Program-made: the position numbers and the translations under genes
The notes under the pieces: model-generated
Told to the model about the DNA's origin: nothing
What the model saw: only the letters and a program-made list of their open reading frames with translations
Database searches by the model: none
Shown: positions 1 to 9,065 of the stretch, piece after piece
Numbering within the stretch: position 1 is the first letter of the stretch
Layout of the letters: every line of letters begins with the position of its first letter
Assembly (NCBI GenBank): GCA_964347405.1
Contig: CAYFYM010000055.1
Span: 1 to 38,730 of the forward strand
From: an uncultured Candidatus Bathyarchaeia archaeon
GTDB taxonomy: Archaea; Thermoproteota; Bathyarchaeia; TCS64
Length of the DNA: 38,730 bases
Direction: 5' to 3'

Positions 1-1914
1 GAGGTCCAGCCCGCTCAGCGCCTCCTCCACGTCCAGGCCGTCCGGCTCCGACACCGCCGGGTTCTCCCCCATGACGTACAGCGCCTTGAGCTTCCCCTCG
101 TAGGCGGCGTCCATCATCTCCACGACGGTGAGGCCCGGCTCCGCGCTCAACTCAACGCCCCAGGCCTCCGTGAACCTTGCCTGTGTCTCTTTGTCGCCCA
201 CTGGCTGGTAGCTGGGGTATACGTTTGGCAGGGCCCCCAGGTCGCAGGCTCCCTGTACGTTGTTCTGGCCCCTCAGGGGGTTAACCCCCGTGCTCTCCCT
301 GCCCACGTTGCCGGTGAGCATGGCCAGGTTGGCGACGGAGATGACGTTGTCTGTCCCCGTGGTGTGCTGGGTGATCCCCATGCTGAACACGAAGCTGGCC
401 CTATCGGCCTCCCCTATGGCGAAGGCCGCCGCCTCCAGATCCCGGCCCGGCACCCCCGTGATCTCCTCAACCCTCTCGGGCGTGTATCTCTCCACGGTTT
501 CCCTGAACTCTTGGAAGCCCTCGCAGCGTTCCTCGATGAACTCCGTGTCCTGGAGGCCTTCTCGGAGGATGACGTTCATGAGGCCGTTGAGCAGCGCCAC
601 GTCTGTGCCTCCCCTCTGCCTCAGCCACATGTCCGCGTGGTCCACCAGCCCGATCCTCCTGGGGTCAGCCACGATGAGCGTCGCCCCGTGGTCGACCACG
701 GCCTGCCTCATGTACTTCGCTATGACTGGGTGGTTCTCCGTGGTGTTGCTGCCCGTGACGAATATCAGGTCGCTTCCCGTCAGCTCCCGGATGCTGTTCG
801 TCATGGCCCCGGACCCGAAGGCCTTCACCAGCCCCGCCACCGTGGGGGCGTGGCAAAGCCTGGCGCAGTGGTCCACGTTGTTGCTCCCGAGGCACGCCCT
901 GACGAGCTTCTGGAAGAGGTAGTTCTCCTCGTTGGTGCACTTGGCCGAGGCCAGGCCGGCGAGGGCCTCCTCTCCATGCTTCTCCTTGATCTCCCTGAAC
1001 CTTGAGGCGACGTGGCTGAGGGCCTCTTCCCACGTCGCGGCCTCGAACCCGTCGCCGCGCCTGATTAGGGGCGTGGTGAGCCTCTCAGGCGAGTTTACCC
1101 AGTCGTACCCGAACCTTCCCTTGACGCAGAGGCTGCCCGTGTTTTCGACGCCGTCCTCGGCGCCCCGCACCTTCACGATCATGCCGTCCTTGGTGTAGGC
1201 CTCTAGGGTGCACCCCACGCCGCAGAATGGGCAAGTGGTCGTCTGTCTATCAAGCTCCCACCATCTGCCCTTGAACCTCGAAGGCTTCTCCGATAGAGAG
1301 CCTGTTGGACAGACCTGGACGCACTCGCCGCAGCTGACGCACCCGGAGTCCACAATGAGTTCTCCGAGGCCGGCTATGACGACTGTGTCGTACCCACGGT
1401 CCCGGTAGTTGAGTATGCCGTTGTTCCTGACCGTGTTGCACGCGGCGACGCATCGGCCGCAAAGGATGCACAGGTCGGGGTCATAGGTGACTGCGGGGCT
1501 GGAATCGTCGACCCCTCTACCTAGACGCGTGGGCTCGAAGGTGAGGTCCTCCATCTCGATCCCTAGCTCGTAGGCCAGGTCTTGGAGCTCGCAGCGTCCG
1601 TTTTGCTCGCACGTCATGCAGTCCGCCGGGTGGGCGGATAGCATGAGCTCTACGACGGTTCTCCGCGCCTCCCTCACCCTCTCGTTTCCTGTCTCCACGT
1701 TCATGCCGCTTGAGATGGGTAGGGTGCACGACGCCTCTAGACGGTCTTTCCTCCCCACGTCGACGACGCAGACGCGGCAGGCACCTGAAACCGGCAGCAG
1801 CGGGTGGTAGCAGAGGGTGGGGATGTGGATGCCGTTTGCCTCGGCTGCTTCTAGGACGGTCTGCCCCGGCTCGCCCCTGACCTTCCTGCCGTCTATCGTG
1901 AGCTCGACGCTCAA
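1..1914 (-). CDS. fdhA: Formate dehydrogenase catalytic (alpha) subunit. NuoG-like N-terminal Fe-S domains are fused to a molybdopterin-oxidoreductase domain. The C-terminus lies beyond the window edge.
   Basis: Absent from the ORF track because there is no stop inside the window. My own reverse-strand translation starts at TTG 1914-1912, immediately after the TGA (1917-1915) of the upstream gene. It reads SVELTIDGRKVRGEPGQTVLEAAEANGIHIPTLCYHP..CRVCVV (2Fe-2S), CILCGRCVAAC and CVSCGECVQVCP (4Fe-4S), CPFCGVGCTL (MopB cluster), and NVDHCARLCHAPTV (FdhF-type active-site signature). The frame stays open to position 1. Confidence 0.85.
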   Translation of the reverse strand, partial: MSVELTIDGRKVRGEPGQTVLEAAEANGIHIPTLCYHPLLPVSGACRVCVVDVGRKDRLEASCTLPISSGMNVETGNERVREARRTVVELMLSAHPADCMTCEQNGRCELQDLAYELGIEMEDLTFEPTRLGRGVDDSSPAVTYDPDLCILCGRCVAACNTVRNNGILNYRDRGYDTVVIAGLGELIVDSGCVSCGECVQVCPTGSLSEKPSRFKGRWWELDRQTTTCPFCGVGCTLEAYTKDGMIVKVRGAEDGVENTGSLCVKGRFGYDWVNSPERLTTPLIRRGDGFEAATWEEALSHVASRFREIKEKHGEEALAGLASAKCTNEENYLFQKLVRACLGSNNVDHCARLCHAPTVAGLVKAFGSGAMTNSIRELTGSDLIFVTGSNTTENHPVIAKYMRQAVVDHGATLIVADPRRIGLVDHADMWLRQRGGTDVALLNGLMNVILREGLQDTEFIEERCEGFQEFRETVERYTPERVEEITGVPGRDLEAAAFAIGEADRASFVFSMGITQHTTGTDNVISVANLAMLTGNVGRESTGVNPLRGQNNVQGACDLGALPNVYPSYQPVGDKETQARFTEAWGVELSAEPGLTVVEMMDAAYEGKLKALYVMGENPAVSEPDGLDVEEALSGLDL

Positions 1915-3777
1915 TCACCATAACTCCTTTATCGCCAGAGTGGGGCAAGCCTCCAGACATGCGCCGCACTGGACGCAGGCGCTGGCGTTTATCGCAGCTT
2001 GGCTACTCGCGGCTTCCCCGACAAGCGTGATGGCGCCGTTGGGGCACTCCTGCACACACAGGCCGCACCCTACACAGTCCTCGGTCACCCTGTATCCTTT
2101 GAAGAACGCGTCGCAGACACCCGCGGGACACCTTCTCTCCTCTATATGCGCCAGATACTCTTCCTTGAAGTACCTGAGCGTGGTAAGAACGGGGTTGGGG
2201 GCGCTTCTCCCCAGGGCGCAGAGGCTGGCGTCGAGGATGGTCGTAGACAGCCGTTCCAGCGTCCCGATGTCCTCCGGCTCCCCGCCGCCGTGGGATACCC
2301 TGACCAGTATCTCGCTCATCCGTTTCAGCCCGACGCGGCAGGGGGTGCACTTGCCGCAGGACTCCGCGGTGGTAAATGACAGGAAGTACCGGGCAAGGTC
2401 GACGGTGCACGTTGTGTCGTCCACGACCACTATGCCGCCTGACCCCATGATGCTACCCGCCGACTGCAGGCTCTCGTAGTCTAGGGGGAGGTCAAGATAC
2501 TCCGCCGACAGGCACCCCCCTGACGGTCCGCCGGTCTGGACGGCCTTGAACGTCCTGCCCTCCAGTGGGCCTCCCCCGACGTCGAATACGAGCCTCCTTA
2601 TGCTGGTTCCGAGAGGCACTTCCGCGGCTCCGGTTCTCTGGACAGCCCCGGTTAGGCAGAAAACCTTGGTGCCTTTGCTTCTCTCGCTGCCAACCTTGGA
2701 GAACTCCTCCGGGCCTTCCCGGAGGATGGTAGGCACGTGGGCGAGGGTCTCCACGTTGTTGATGACAGTGGGCTTACCCCACAGCCCCTTTGTGGCTGGG
2801 AACGGCGGCCTGGGCCGCGGCGTCGCCCGCTTTCCTTCTATGGCTGCCATGAGCGCGGTCTCCTCGCCGCACACGAACGCGCCCGCGCTCAACATGACGT
2901 TCACGTCGAAACTGAAGTCGGAGCCGAAAACGTCGTCCCCGAGTAGGCCGTGAGCCCTCGCGTGGTTAACGGCTGTTTCGAGCCTGCTCGCCATGAGGGG
3001 CTTCTCCGCCCTGACGAAGACGTATCCCTCGTCCGCGCCAACCGCGTACGCCGCTATAATGAGCCCCTCGAGGACCCTGTGGGGGTCCCCCTCGGCGTTG
3101 AGCCTGTTCATGAAAGCCCCGGGGTCCCCCTCGTCCGCGTTACAAATCGCGTACTTCTTCTCCCCCTGGGCCTGTCTGGTGAACCTCCACTTGAGCCCAG
3201 TCGGGAAGCCGGCTCCGCCCCTGCCGCGGAGACCCGACTCCATGACCGTCTCGATGACCTCCACAGGGGTCATCTCCGTCAACGCCCGCCTGAGCCCCAG
3301 GTAGCCTCCCCTGAGGACGTACTCCTCGATGGACTCCGGGTCTATGACGCCGCAGTTCTCTATGGCGTCCCGGGTCTGGTGCTTGAAGAAATCCAGCTCG
3401 TCGAGGAGGGGGACGCCTTCCTTTCCTCTGAGGCTCCCGGTTCTCCCCCGGACCGCGAAAGCCCCCGACGCGTCTCCCGACAGGTATCCTTCTATCATCT
3501 CCTCGATCCTGCTCTCCGTGACTCTACCGTATATGACCCCGGGCTGGCCCCGGGACATGAACTCTACCAGGGGCTCGGCGTAGCATGCGCCAATGCAGCC
3601 GACGTTCACCACCTTCGCCGCCACGCCTCTTCGGGCCAGCTGGCTCTTGATCTCGCTGTAGACTGGGCTGGCCCCGGCGGCGAGGCCGCACGTGCTCATG
3701 CCGACGTTCACCCTCAGGTCGCCCTCGCCGAAAAGCACCGAATCCTCGTCTGGTACCTCGATGGCGCACTCATTCAC
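1915..3777 (-). CDS. NuoF/HydB-like NAD(P)H- and FMN-binding subunit, with an extra N-terminal thioredoxin-like 2Fe-2S domain and a C-terminal 2x[4Fe-4S] ferredoxin domain
   Basis: 620-aa ORF. Motifs: GRGGAGFPTGLKW (FMN), ICNADEGDPGAF (NADH), ESCGKCTPCR (N3 cluster). N-terminus has STCGLAAGA..CIGACYAEP. C-terminus has CVGCGLCVQECP and CVQCGACLEACP. Its start overlaps the upstream gene by 8 nt. Confidence 0.9.
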   Translation of the reverse strand: MNECAIEVPDEDSVLFGEGDLRVNVGMSTCGLAAGASPVYSEIKSQLARRGVAAKVVNVGCIGACYAEPLVEFMSRGQPGVIYGRVTESRIEEMIEGYLSGDASGAFAVRGRTGSLRGKEGVPLLDELDFFKHQTRDAIENCGVIDPESIEEYVLRGGYLGLRRALTEMTPVEVIETVMESGLRGRGGAGFPTGLKWRFTRQAQGEKKYAICNADEGDPGAFMNRLNAEGDPHRVLEGLIIAAYAVGADEGYVFVRAEKPLMASRLETAVNHARAHGLLGDDVFGSDFSFDVNVMLSAGAFVCGEETALMAAIEGKRATPRPRPPFPATKGLWGKPTVINNVETLAHVPTILREGPEEFSKVGSERSKGTKVFCLTGAVQRTGAAEVPLGTSIRRLVFDVGGGPLEGRTFKAVQTGGPSGGCLSAEYLDLPLDYESLQSAGSIMGSGGIVVVDDTTCTVDLARYFLSFTTAESCGKCTPCRVGLKRMSEILVRVSHGGGEPEDIGTLERLSTTILDASLCALGRSAPNPVLTTLRYFKEEYLAHIEERRCPAGVCDAFFKGYRVTEDCVGCGLCVQECPNGAITLVGEAASSQAAINASACVQCGACLEACPTLAIKELW

Positions 3778-4261
3778 CGTCGTGCGCCTCCTCGAATGAG
3801 CCCAGTATCTGCTTGAGCTTCTCCTGGTCGAGTCTCCCGTAGACCCTGTCGTCCACCTTGATGACGGGCGCTAGGCTACATGCCCCAATACACCTGACTT
3901 GGTGAACCGTGAACAACCCGTCGGGGGACGTGTCCTCTGGAGGAGAGATGCCCAGCAGCTTCATCAACTCGTCATAGACTTTGGTGACGCCCGCCACGTG
4001 GCAGGCTGTCCCCCTGCATATCGTTACGATGTGTTTTCCGTGGGGCCGCAGCCGGAACTGGTGGTAGAAGGTAGCCACACCAAAAACCTTGCTTGGTGAG
4101 ACACCGAGCTTCTCCGCTACCGTCAATAGAGTGATCTTGGGTAGATAACCGAGTGAGTCCTGGATCTTCTGCAAGAGCGGTATGAGCTGAGCCTCCGGGT
4201 TCCTACCGTTAAAATGCTCAACACATAACTCCTCTACTAGCATGATCTCTGATTCGATCAA
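3770..4261 (-). CDS. NuoE/HydC-like thioredoxin-fold [2Fe-2S] subunit
   Basis: 163-aa ORF with CRGTACHVAG and CIGACSLAPV cysteine motifs. First gene of the minus-strand operon. Start is TTG at 4261, or ATG six codons further in. Confidence 0.85.
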   Translation of the reverse strand: MIESEIMLVEELCVEHFNGRNPEAQLIPLLQKIQDSLGYLPKITLLTVAEKLGVSPSKVFGVATFYHQFRLRPHGKHIVTICRGTACHVAGVTKVYDELMKLLGISPPEDTSPDGLFTVHQVRCIGACSLAPVIKVDDRVYGRLDQEKLKQILGSFEEAHDGE

Positions 4262-4582
4262 GGTACGCTATCCCTTCCTCAGGTCGTCCCATGCCGGTAT
4301 CCGATGCGTTAGCGACAGGTTGTTACCGTCAGCGACACGTTTTCCCAAACTCTATTCTATGTTGTATTAAACATCTCCGGGTGTCGCTATTTTTCCCTGT
4401 GGTAGGTGTTCATGGTGTCGAAAACCGGGCTTCGTTCGTGTCATTGTTGGATAACGCTATCGGTGATCCAGCGTCATGTTTGTCAGCTTGCTAGATGAGC
4501 CTCCTTGGCTGCGCATCGTGCCTGAGGCGTCTCACAGCTGAGAAGAACGGTTTCCTTAAACGAGCATGGAATAGGGAGGGCG

Positions 4583-4777
4583 CTACTTTTTCTTCTTTTT
4601 AAGGTACCACGTCTCGCCCTTGGGGCTGGTGGTTATCTCGAACTCTGGGTTGTAGTGGAGCATCTCCTTCACGAACTCCCTCATCGTGGCCTTGGTGCCG
4701 TCGCTCCGGGTGATGACCTCGTCCAGCGAGATCGTGACCCTTCTGCCCTTACTCTCATCGACATCCAATCTGATCAA
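4583..4777 (-). CDS. Hypothetical small protein (64 aa) with a poly-Lys C-terminus
   Basis: ORF with coding-like composition and a TATA-like AT box upstream (about 4800-4815, minus strand). No family recognised. Confidence 0.4.
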   Translation of the reverse strand: MIRLDVDESKGRRVTISLDEVITRSDGTKATMREFVKEMLHYNPEFEITTSPKGETWYLKKKKK

Positions 4778-4915
4778 TGATTAAACGGCGCAGCACCTTT
4801 ATTATTCTATAGGGTGGTCTGACGCCTTGGTTGTGTTGACGCTCGGCGCAGACACACCGTTTAAACGTGAACGCCTGTTATCCACGGGTGGAAGACGAGC
4901 CCAGCCACGTGCAGG

Positions 4916-5104
4916 GTGAACACGCTTGAGATCGGGGCGAGGCTCACGTCTGAGGAGATGTCGCCAGAGCAGGTTCTCATAGGCATCGAGGCCGAGGATA
5001 TTTTAAGCTTCGACGCGGCATGCACCCCGCGTGTGGAAGCAGCGGTTGATCAAGTCGTGAAAGAGATAACCATGCTCGTCGAGCACATAGAAGGTGAAGC
5101 ATAG
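4916..5104 (+). CDS. Hypothetical acidic small protein (62 aa)
   Basis: GTG-start ORF that fills an otherwise empty spacer. No recognisable motifs or promoter. Confidence 0.25.
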   Translation: MNTLEIGARLTSEEMSPEQVLIGIEAEDILSFDAACTPRVEAAVDQVVKEITMLVEHIEGEA

Positions 5105-5138
5105 CCTCTCAGAGAAGACGCAGAAAAATGGACAACCC

Positions 5139-6242
5139 CTAGAGCTCGGTTCTTAGCTGGATGGTTTTCCCGATGTCGCTCCTCGTGATTATGCCGACGA
5201 GTTTGCCTTCTTCGACGACAGGGAGACGCCCCACGTCCCTAGAGGACATTAGCATTAAGGCATCGGAGGCCCTCTCGTCCGGGGATATCGTCACCAGCTC
5301 GTCCCTCGCCTTCATGACGTCCCTGACCCTGACCGAGTCTCCCCTGTCGGGGTCCACGTTTCTAACGTCTTCTATAGTGATTATACCGACTAGCCTCCCG
5401 TCTTCAACGACAGGGTAGCCCTGGTGCTTGTGGACCGAGAACCACTCATCGACGGCTCGCTTGATGGACGCGTCCGCCTCTACGGTGCGGACCTCCCCGG
5501 TCATGATCTCCCTGACTGTAATTTCGCCCAGAGCCTCGCTTATGATGGTCTGACTTAGACCCATCTTCGAGCTGCTGTTGATGAACAACCCGATGAATAT
5601 CAGCCAGAGCCCGTCGAACGAGCCGGTGCTGAAAATGCCGTAGAACCCGATCATCATGAATACGACGCCGATGACGTTTGAGACGGTTGACGCGGTTCTC
5701 GTCGATCTAATCAGGTTGCCGCTTCTCTTCCACAGGATGGCTCTTAGAACCCTCCCACCGTCCATGGGGAAGGCGGGTAGCATATTGAACAAGGCGAGCC
5801 CTATGTTGACGTATCCCGCGTACCTCAACACCGCCTCCACGGCATCCGGCACGCCCAGCGTGTAGTATAAGACCAGAAACAAGCCACCGACAACGATGCT
5901 CGTGAAGGGCCCAACCATCGCCATATATGCCTCAGTCTTTGGGTTCGTGCTCTCCTCGTCTATCTGGGCGACCCCTCCGAAGAAGTGAAGCGTGATGTTA
6001 TTGATGTCGAGCCCGCTCCTCTTAGCGATGGTCGAGTGTGCTAACTCGTGGATCAGAATCGATAGGTAGAGGGACAGCGCCGAAACTCCTCCAATTATCC
6101 AGTAGAAATTCACGGGCTTGCTTGGGTACTGACTCGGCAGGTAGTTGTTCGCCAGGCTCCACGTTATGAAGAGGAAGACTAGAAACCACGAGTAATCGAG
6201 CCTGATGTTGATTCCTCTGACCCTGGCTATTTTCACTGACAT
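5139..6242 (-). CDS. M50 family site-2 metalloprotease with a C-terminal CBS pair
   Basis: HELAHS zinc motif inside a polytopic membrane region, a later MLPAFPMDGG motif, and two CBS-like repeats (..VVEDGRLVGIITIEDV.. and ..VVEEGKLVGIITRSDI..). Confidence 0.85.
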   Translation of the reverse strand: MSVKIARVRGINIRLDYSWFLVFLFITWSLANNYLPSQYPSKPVNFYWIIGGVSALSLYLSILIHELAHSTIAKRSGLDINNITLHFFGGVAQIDEESTNPKTEAYMAMVGPFTSIVVGGLFLVLYYTLGVPDAVEAVLRYAGYVNIGLALFNMLPAFPMDGGRVLRAILWKRSGNLIRSTRTASTVSNVIGVVFMMIGFYGIFSTGSFDGLWLIFIGLFINSSSKMGLSQTIISEALGEITVREIMTGEVRTVEADASIKRAVDEWFSVHKHQGYPVVEDGRLVGIITIEDVRNVDPDRGDSVRVRDVMKARDELVTISPDERASDALMLMSSRDVGRLPVVEEGKLVGIITRSDIGKTIQLRTEL

Positions 6243-6494
6243 GTGATCACTCTTTCTCTCCCAATCACCATAATGATTACCAGTGATGCATACAGAATAC
6301 GTCTATCTATCTGTACCAATTCTTCAGCCATCTCCGTCTCTCCTACACTTGTTACCGTACCTTCGATGTGAAACATTACTAATAAACATAAAACGGAAGG
6401 TGCATGGCTGCCCAATTTCTATCCGGTAAAGATGATAAAGAAATAATGTTGTCCGAGAACTCGCTTCAGGGGGCTTCCGTATAGGCTTCCACCG

Positions 6495-6692
6495 TCACTT
6501 TTCCAGATGCTTCTTAAGCAGACCAGTTAGCTCGTCAATGTGTTCTTCCTTGTCTTTCTCCATCTTCTTCCAGAAGGCTTGGCATTCGCTGCATCCGGCC
6601 GAGTCTGCCTGGTATTTGTCCTTGATTCTCCAGAGGCTCTGGCTCTCTTCCACGAGCTGGGTCATGAGGTCGTATACATGGTCGCTTAACAT
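6495..6692 (-). CDS. Hypothetical small helical protein (65 aa, one CxxC)
   Basis: ORF with coding-like composition. No family recognised. Confidence 0.4.
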   Translation of the reverse strand: MLSDHVYDLMTQLVEESQSLWRIKDKYQADSAGCSECQAFWKKMEKDKEEHIDELTGLLKKHLEK

Positions 6693-6770
6693 TTTACTTC
6701 ATGTCTGGCTTGAGAAACACTTTTTATAAACCTTAGAGGCCCTGTTCGGTATACAAATAAAATCGATTTC

Positions 6771-6781
6771 CGGTTTAAATA
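6771..6781 (+). promoter_or_regulatory. BRE/TATA box (cggTTTAAATA) for permease 1
   Basis: The TATA box ends 24 nt before ATG 6806, which implies a leaderless or near-leaderless mRNA. The same GGTTTAWATA pattern recurs before many genes in this window. Confidence 0.6.
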
Positions 6782-6805
6782 GGGTCTTTCTTTAGACTAC
6801 TTGAG

Positions 6806-8107
6806 ATGTCTGAGTCAATCGAACTAGTTTATGATCTCGATGACGAGCCTAAATCAACTAGGGACACGATAATCTACAGTCTTCAATGGATAGTGACCAT
6901 GTTTTACTGTGTCGTCTGGGGGTACGCTATAGTCGGTGTTGAACTTGGGTTCACGGGGCAGGTACTAGCTCGTTACATGGCGACCACCGTATTCATGATT
7001 GGCGTATCTACTCTGGCGCAGCTCATGCTAGGCCATAGATTCACGATGGTCTCCGGACCGAACGTGATACCTTCACTGGCTATCGTCTCGGCGATGCAGG
7101 TCGTGGGAAGAGACTATGCTCTACAATCCTTCAACGCTCAGGCCATCGCGGGCATAGTCGTGGCCATCCTGGGCGCGCTAGGGATAATTAGCTACATCTC
7201 AAGGGTCTGGAGCAACCTCGTCCTGGGATCTATGGTTATGATGGTCGGGCTATCAATCACCGGGGTAGGCTTGGATCTTCTGACGGCGCAGGGGGTCGGA
7301 TGGCCGTTCTGGGTCGGGTTAATGCTTGCCCTCGCAGCCGGAATAATCTCCATAAAGGGAAAAGGCGTTATCTCTACGATTCCCACACTTGTCGTGATAG
7401 CCCTTGGATACGTCATCTTCATCGTGACGGGCAATTTTGACTGGCAGTTCATCGGAGAACTGCCTGTAATCACTTACCCTAGTCTGCTGCCTTTCGGGGC
7501 CGAGATTCCGCCTCTTGATCTCATTGTCACCATGATAATAGTGAACTTGATGGCTGCGTTGAACCTCTATGGAAACGTCACTGGGTGGGGGTCCATCGTT
7601 GGACACGAGGTGGAACCCGAACAATCGAAGAAGTCGTTCACCGTGTTCGGCGTCATAGAGACCGCATTAGCCGGGGTACTTGGTGTACCAGGCCACGTGT
7701 CTTACGGCGAAAACCTGGGCATAATTACCCTGACGCGTGTGGCGTCGAGATATTTCTTGATGATCGCGTCGGGTATCTTCATCGCGGCAAGCTTCTTCGG
7801 ACCCATCGGTGGCTTCATGGCCGCCATGCCCGACCCCATCGCGGGAGCGATCCTTCTGGGCATCGCCTCCACCGTGATAGGTCAAGGAGCCGACATCTGG
7901 ACCAGCAACGAGTTCGGGCGGAGAGAGATACTAATCACAGGTTTCAGCGTCTTCCTCAGCTACGGGCTCAGCCTGCTACCCAGCGACTTCTGGAGCCAGG
8001 TACCCAGGTTGGCTGCCACGGTTTTCAGTAACCCGATAATAACCGTGATACTGGTGGTTATATTGCTGGAGCAGGTGTTCTTCCGGAAAGAGCCCTCCAA
8101 AAAATAG
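6806..8107 (+). CDS. Nucleobase-type permease, NCS2 (xanthine/uracil permease)-like, copy 1
   Basis: 433-aa polytopic membrane protein. YSLQWIVTMFY sits where NCS2 carriers have GLQH..AMF. AAMPDPIAGAILLGIASTVIGQG resembles the NCS2 signature. Paralog of 9066-10370. Confidence 0.6.
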   Translation: MSESIELVYDLDDEPKSTRDTIIYSLQWIVTMFYCVVWGYAIVGVELGFTGQVLARYMATTVFMIGVSTLAQLMLGHRFTMVSGPNVIPSLAIVSAMQVVGRDYALQSFNAQAIAGIVVAILGALGIISYISRVWSNLVLGSMVMMVGLSITGVGLDLLTAQGVGWPFWVGLMLALAAGIISIKGKGVISTIPTLVVIALGYVIFIVTGNFDWQFIGELPVITYPSLLPFGAEIPPLDLIVTMIIVNLMAALNLYGNVTGWGSIVGHEVEPEQSKKSFTVFGVIETALAGVLGVPGHVSYGENLGIITLTRVASRYFLMIASGIFIAASFFGPIGGFMAAMPDPIAGAILLGIASTVIGQGADIWTSNEFGRREILITGFSVFLSYGLSLLPSDFWSQVPRLAATVFSNPIITVILVVILLEQVFFRKEPSKK

Positions 8108-8113
8108 CCTCCC

Positions 8114-8120
8114 TTTTTTT
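8114..8120 (+). terminator. Oligo-T (T7) archaeal terminator after permease 1
   Basis: The T7 run begins 7 nt after the stop codon and is followed directly by the next TATA box. Confidence 0.55.
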
Positions 8121-8145
8121 CAGTATATAAGGAATCGTTCCTAGG
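8121..8145 (+). promoter_or_regulatory. TATA box (TATATAA, 8124-8130) plus candidate operator AATCGTTCCTAGG (8133-8145)
   Basis: The 13-mer recurs as AATCGTTCCTAAG at 27877-27889. Both copies sit at the same distance from their ATG (16 nt) and from their TATA box. Confidence 0.55.
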
Positions 8146-8161
8146 TATAACTTGACTAAAA

Positions 8162-9019
8162 ATGCCAGGAATAAGAACATACGAGGACTTCGTCTACTCT
8201 TCACGAGAAGAAAAGATGAAGAGGGTGCAGGAGGCCTACGAGCGTTTCCAGGAGACCAAGACCTTTGAGTACCCGGCTTGGCTCTACGGCGAGCCCATGG
8301 GCAAGCTGTTCAAGGTCGAGGTCGAGGACAGCCCCAACTTCGGGGAGACCGCCTACCTGGAGATGGACTCCGCGCAAACCGTCTTCATGGTGGTGGACAT
8401 GCAGATCGACTTCTGTGGCGAGAAGGGCTACGTCAACCAGATGGGGTACCCCTTGGAGAACACTGCCCAGGCCATCGAGCCCATCAAGAAGTGCCTCAAA
8501 GAAGTCAGGAAGACAAACATGAACATCATGTACACCCGTGAGGGCCACGAGCCGTCGCTGACGGGCGCACCGTTCAACAAGATACTGCGGAGCAAGATAA
8601 TCGGCGAAGGCTACGGCATAGGCGACACGCCCCCAGGCGGGATCGGAGAGCTCCTTGTACGAGGCCAGAAGAACTGGGACATCATCGAGGAACTCTACCC
8701 CCAGGAGGGAGACTACATCCTCGACAAGTCGGGGAAAGGCGCGTTCAACCAGAGCGACATCCACCAGAAGCTGCTGAACATGACCCCCCCGCCAAAGTAC
8801 CTGGTGATAACGGGGATCACGGCGGACGTCTGCCCGCACACCATCATGCGTGAGGCGAACGACTTCGGTTACTGGTGTCTGTTCCTGAAGGACGCTTCAG
8901 GCGCGACGGACGAACGTAACCACGAGGCCGCGGTGCGGATGATAAAGATGCAGGGAGGAGTATTCGGGAACGTCTCGGACTCCAAGCGGTTCATCAAGGC
9001 AGTCAAAACCATCCAGTAA
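8162..9019 (+). CDS. Isochorismatase-family cysteine hydrolase (amidohydrolase) with a ~65-aa N-terminal extension
   Basis: 285 aa. VVDMQIDFC (catalytic Asp region), DKSGKGAF (Lys) and ITGITADVCPHTIMREA (nucleophile Cys) match the D-K-C triad layout of this family. Confidence 0.8.
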   Translation: MPGIRTYEDFVYSSREEKMKRVQEAYERFQETKTFEYPAWLYGEPMGKLFKVEVEDSPNFGETAYLEMDSAQTVFMVVDMQIDFCGEKGYVNQMGYPLENTAQAIEPIKKCLKEVRKTNMNIMYTREGHEPSLTGAPFNKILRSKIIGEGYGIGDTPPGGIGELLVRGQKNWDIIEELYPQEGDYILDKSGKGAFNQSDIHQKLLNMTPPPKYLVITGITADVCPHTIMREANDFGYWCLFLKDASGATDERNHEAAVRMIKMQGGVFGNVSDSKRFIKAVKTIQ

Positions 9020-9024
9020 CCCCC

Positions 9025-9031
9025 TTTTTTT
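9025..9031 (+). terminator. Oligo-T (T7) terminator after the hydrolase gene
   Basis: The T7 run starts 6 nt after the stop and is followed at once by cggTTTAAATA. Confidence 0.55.
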
Positions 9032-9042
9032 CGGTTTAAATA
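9032..9042 (+). promoter_or_regulatory. BRE/TATA box (cggTTTAAATA) for permease 2
   Basis: Identical 11-mer to 6771-6781. It ends 23 nt before ATG 9066. Confidence 0.6.
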
Positions 9043-9065
9043 GAATTCTTTTCCACGTATACTAG

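Noticed and set aside
853-855. A possible selenocysteine (TGA) codon in the FdhA active site.
   Set aside because: The codon at the Sec-equivalent position of the HCAR(L/V)-x-H signature is TGC (Cys) on the minus strand. No in-frame TGA is present in the visible part of the gene.
260-3816. Many long plus-strand ORFs in the track (260-922, 364-1005, 1817-2479, 2546-2953, 2950-3816 and others). The same goes for Arg/Pro-rich alternative-frame ORFs elsewhere (for example 23195-24079, 25003-25659, 12163-13644, 29104-29532).
   Set aside because: They lie antisense to, or out of frame with, strongly motif-supported genes (fdhA, the nuoF-like gene, fdrA, the atzD-like gene, the ABC1 kinase). Their composition is low-complexity and Arg/Pro/Gly-rich, typical of shadow ORFs in GC-rich coding DNA. 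They have no promoters or recognisable motifs.
4262-4582. A long spacer upstream of the formate dehydrogenase operon, considered as a possible riboswitch/leader or as coding (track ORF 4291-4494).
   Set aside because: I found no convincing conserved structure. The only TATA-like box (about 4360-4370, minus strand) is ambiguous. The plus-strand ORF has no motifs or promoter. There is insufficient evidence either way.
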